Shown in pieces: positions 60,334-64,000 of a stretch of DNA of 64,000 nt. Position numbers and translations under genes: made by a program. Where the stretch lies: the NCBI RefSeq assembly GCF_028641065.1, contig NC_073409.1, positions 12,276,001-12,340,000 on the forward strand, read 5' to 3'. The stretch is from Leucoraja erinacea (taxonomy: Eukaryota). The notes under the pieces were generated by a model. That model saw only the letters and a program-made list of their open reading frames with translations, did not search any database and had not been told where the DNA came from. How positions within the stretch are numbered: position 1 is the stretch's first letter; the number at the start of each line of letters is the position of its first letter.

Positions 60334-61791
60334 CTGTAGAAGGAAATGATTAGCAATAAAAATAAGGTATTCAATAGACACATTAGGTTAAAGCTATAAT
60401 GAATCTTACATAACTTTCACTCCTTAAATTTAAGATTAGAATTACTATTCTATTAAATTACTATTAAATTATTCTAGAATGACTATAATATTAAATGTTT
60501 TGCTCCTTTTTTCTAGTTCAAAACCCATTTTGAGGGGAATTAGTCTGTTGGGTCCCTACATATGAGAACCTTGGAGGGGACAGGGATATGGATTACGTAG
60601 GCTTGAGGAAGATAACTTTCGATTCTCGGGAAAATTTCACAACCTTATAACATCTCAAATCAATTTACAGTTGTGTTGGGAGTGTAAAGCTGCCAATTTG
60701 TGCACAGCAAGCATCTGCAAATAGCAATGGGAAATTGATCAGGTATCTTTCAGTACTGAGGAATAAATTTCAGGCAGGGAGATCAGGAAGAGCTCCTCAA
60801 AAGTAATGTTCTGGGATCATTCTCACCGGGATAGGCTTCTCCATTTAATGTGTCATCGAAAATACACAACTTCACCACTGAGAATCTGGACCAAACACAG
60901 GGTACCCCAGATTAATGGGGATTTGTATACCCAGAAAATGGCGTGTATTCTAATTTTCTTTAACGCAAAGTCATGTTATCTGTGCATAAATACAAATTGG
61001 AAAAGAAATTGTGTTTATTCATGTAAATTCTGAGAGCGTGAATCAAATGGGCTTTTATCCTGTGTTGAAGAAGGAACTGCAGATGCTGGAAGATCGAAGG
61101 TACACACAAATGCTGTAGAAACTCAGCGGGTGCAGCAGCATCTATGGAGCGAAGGAAATGGGTTACGTTTCGGGCCGAAATCCTTCTTCAGACTGACTTT
61201 TACCCTGGATGGCTTTTAGTTTCTGAATGTAGTCTGAACTGTGCTTATCCAGGTAAGTGAATAGTACACTGTCATGTTCTGTATTTGTACTTTGCACATT
61301 TAAAGACTTGAGTGTCATGAGATGATTCACTTTCAGCAGAATTCCCAAGCTTTGACTTGCTCACAATCACAGGATACAGCATTCAAATTGACAAAAAGAG
61401 TACTGGTGACAAGCTGACCAAAGGAGTTAGTGTAGGACAGAACCCAAGAGAAAAAAATAAAAGGCAGGTACACAAATGAGCAAACTACAGGGAAGCAGAG
61501 TAGAAATGCAAGGAAGAAGGTAAACAATGAGTTATTTACAAAGTAATCTATTCAACCTTATTATCTTGTTCTAAATTCCTGCAATATTTTCTCCAAGTAA
61601 TGGAAAATAGAACAAAGAAATGAGGTCCAAGTATGAATGAAGAAAAGTACATACAAATACTAAAGCATACCAGAATTAAGACAGCACATAACCAAAACAA
61701 AATTACAAGCAGTCACTGTGCCTGGCTAATCTGTCATCTTGGAAATTTTACTAAACATTACAGTATTTACAGCACAAAACACATTTCTCAC

Positions 61792-61887
61792 CTCCATGGA
61801 TTCAGGTGTTTGGCCACACTTGTCAGTGCCAACAGTGTGGCCTTCATCTTTGGTCATGATCATGGATCGCAAGGCCAACTCTTCTAC
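61792..61887 (-). CDS. SNAPC5: SNAPC5 second coding exon (VEELALRSMIMTKDEGHTVGTDKCGQTPESME)
   Basis: ttgcag| ... GAG|gtgaga; 96 nt. Confidence 0.92.
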
Positions 61888-62670
61888 CTGCAATCATAGC
61901 AAACTCACATTAACATGGACACATTCCTAAAGCTGTAGATAGCCACATTAACAATAACTTGCATTCATAATGCATTTTGAAAAATAGTGACATTGCTGGT
62001 CACATAAAGGTTAAATAAATCAAACATGTATAGAACACAGAAACTGAAAAGCTATTTAGCCCCTCAGGCCTCTATCAAAATTCAGTGTGGCCTGATGTTT
62101 TAAGACCAAATGCTGGAAGGTGTTTGGATTATTATTTTATGACTGACACAAATACTGGCTGAATGACTCATTCAATATTGTAAATTATTAAATATATTTA
62201 AATATAATCAAGCATTTTGGGGCTAAGAGAAGTCAATGGTTAGGCAGGGAGGTTAAGTTGAGGCCACAACCTGATAAATTATGATCTTAGTGAACCTGTA
62301 GGGCCTAATTGTATTATTAAATTTTCAGCTGCATTCTGACAAGACTCAGTACTTTGACTGGATCATGACCAATCTATTTAAGTGCCATTTTCCAGAAATA
62401 TCTCCACATCCCCAACTCCATCTTGGTTCTGAACAAATTCATGACAGAGTGTGCACTATGTAACAGGATAGGCCAGTAGAAACATCTTTCCTATGTACTT
62501 TTCTGCTATTTCTGGCTGGATTAATACATGAAGACATGGTAATTGTTTCTGTGCCATTTGCTTATACCATACCTAACCTGGAAATATTTGATTGAAAGGG
62601 ATTCCATCTCCTGGCATGGCACAGCACAAGAGGACAATCCACTAAACACAAACTTTCTTTGTGGATTTAC

Positions 62671-62760
62671 CTTGAGTCGGTTTAATTGATCTTGTAAAGT
62701 GCTTTTGATCTTCAGTAGAGCTTCCTCTTCTTTTTTCAGCTCTTGTAGCCGACTCAACAT
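62671..62760 (-). CDS. SNAPC5: SNAPC5 first coding exon (exon probably begins at 62789, after an acceptor)
   Basis: ATG 62758-62760; AAG|gtaaat; 90 nt. Confidence 0.95.
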
Positions 62761-63442
62761 TCTAAGCCTCACTGTGGTTTTCAGCTCACCTGCAAGATGT
62801 TTAATTCACTTGCTCTCAATCATACATTGCAGTCCTACCAGGAGCAGCTATCTATGTGTGAAGACCAGGACAGATATGCAGGAGCAGCTTCAGAAATGTA
62901 GACTGCTAATTAAAGACAAAATAGCAGTATGTCATGAAATAAAGGTCTTTTCACGAGTCAATACCTGAAAGAGAAAAATTGTTCAGTACTTGGAGGAATC
63001 ACATTCACAATATTAGTTAACATTCACCGACATGAAAATCCCAGGTCATTCACAGCTTAAAATGGAGAAAGAGCATTTATGATGGCTCCAAGTACTTCAA
63101 ATACTTTTGTCAGAAGCCTGGTACAAATGGCAGGAGTGAATTAGCATCCAAACTGTCCACCCATTCACTCCACCTGTGGAAAAATTTTCAGATCTCATAT
63201 CGACCATTGACCTTAGGCATCCAGCAAAGGAAAATTAAGTCTGTACATTATTTCTACACTGCTCTGTGTACTACTAAAAAAAACGGAAGCTCTCTCCATC
63301 CGCTACCCACTTTAGCTTAAATTTCCAATCTGAGTAAACCTCGACTTTAGATTCTAATGGAAATGTTCAAATTGATTTGACATGGTAGAAATTTAAGTAA
63401 AGGACTGAGAACCAAGTCATTCATCTTTGAAATTAGAAGCAA

Positions 63443-63706
63443 TATAACCATATAACAATTACAGCACGGAAACAGGCCTTCTCGGCCCTACAAGTCCTTG
63501 CCGAACAACTTTTTTTCCCTTAGTCCCACCTGCCTGCACTTATACCATAACCCTCCATTCCCTTCTCATCCATATGCCTATCCAATTTATTTTTAAATGA
63601 TACCAATGAACCTGCCTCCACCACTTCCACTGGAAGCTCATTCCACATCACTACCACTCTCTGAGTAAAGAAGTTCCCCCTCATATTACCCCTAAACTTC
63701 TGTCCC
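63443..63706 (-). mobile_element. CR1 LINE 3' fragment, same young family as 14922-15400
   Basis: Base-by-base match with only scattered substitutions. Confidence 0.9.
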
Positions 63707-64000
63707 TTTTCTAAACAAAGGATGGTGGAAATCTTAGAAGGTATTTCCCCAAAAAACGAGTTTGTGGATGATGAAGGCACTTATCTGGCGCTGGGGGGGC
63801 TGGGGGGATGGGGAGTTGGTTAACTGAGTTGCAATAGAGACGAGGTATGACGTAACTGACCCTGCTGTCAGTGTGGAGTTTACATGTTCTCCATGTGACT
63901 AAGTGGATTTACTGTAAATTGCCCATCGTGTGCCAGCGAGTAGATTCGGGAGAGAGTGAGAAGGAGCGCGTTAATAAGAATGTTGGAAGAATAAAATAAG

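Larger units (their letters stand above)
60196..62760 (-). other. SNAPC5: SNAPC5 gene model (snRNA-activating protein complex subunit 5 / SNAP19), 3 coding exons, 107 aa
   Basis: MLSRLQELKKEEEALLKIKSTLQDQLNRLK|VEELALRSMI...|...VDNENTINQTQLQL... plus an acidic poly-Glu tail. Confidence 0.95.

Overview
Vertebrate nuclear DNA. The repeat content (HE1-type V-SINEs, Deu-domain SINEs, CR1/HER1-type LINEs, Penelope-type repeats) suggests a cartilaginous fish, probably a skate or ray (inference). Four intron-containing genes were rebuilt by hand from splice sites and recalled vertebrate protein sequences: RPL4 exon 1 (-, 5'TOP + ATG at 394-396); a complete 18-coding-exon ZWILCH (+, 938-31576, 600 aa) sharing a ~480-bp bidirectional promoter with RPL4; a complete 13-exon LCTL/gamma-Klotho (-, 55970-33151, 566 aa); and a 3-coding-exon SNAPC5 (-, 62760-60196, 107 aa). 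Introns are full of CR1 and Rex1/Babar LINE fragments, SINEs, hAT/Harbinger/Tigger MITEs, Helitron-like ends and one full-length, frameshifted Passport-type Tc1 transposon. Main observations: (1) a 74-nt candidate cassette exon in the last LCTL intron would replace the transmembrane anchor with a soluble C-terminus ending in HDEV (KDEL-like); (2) minimal hammerhead-ribozyme cores in the Penelope-type repeats; (3) a decayed tandem copy of ZWILCH exon 5; (4) SNAPC5 lies on the opposite side of the cluster relative to the recalled human order. No rRNA, tRNA or CRISPR features were found. No searches were run; homology calls rest on recognised motifs and identities are estimated by eye.
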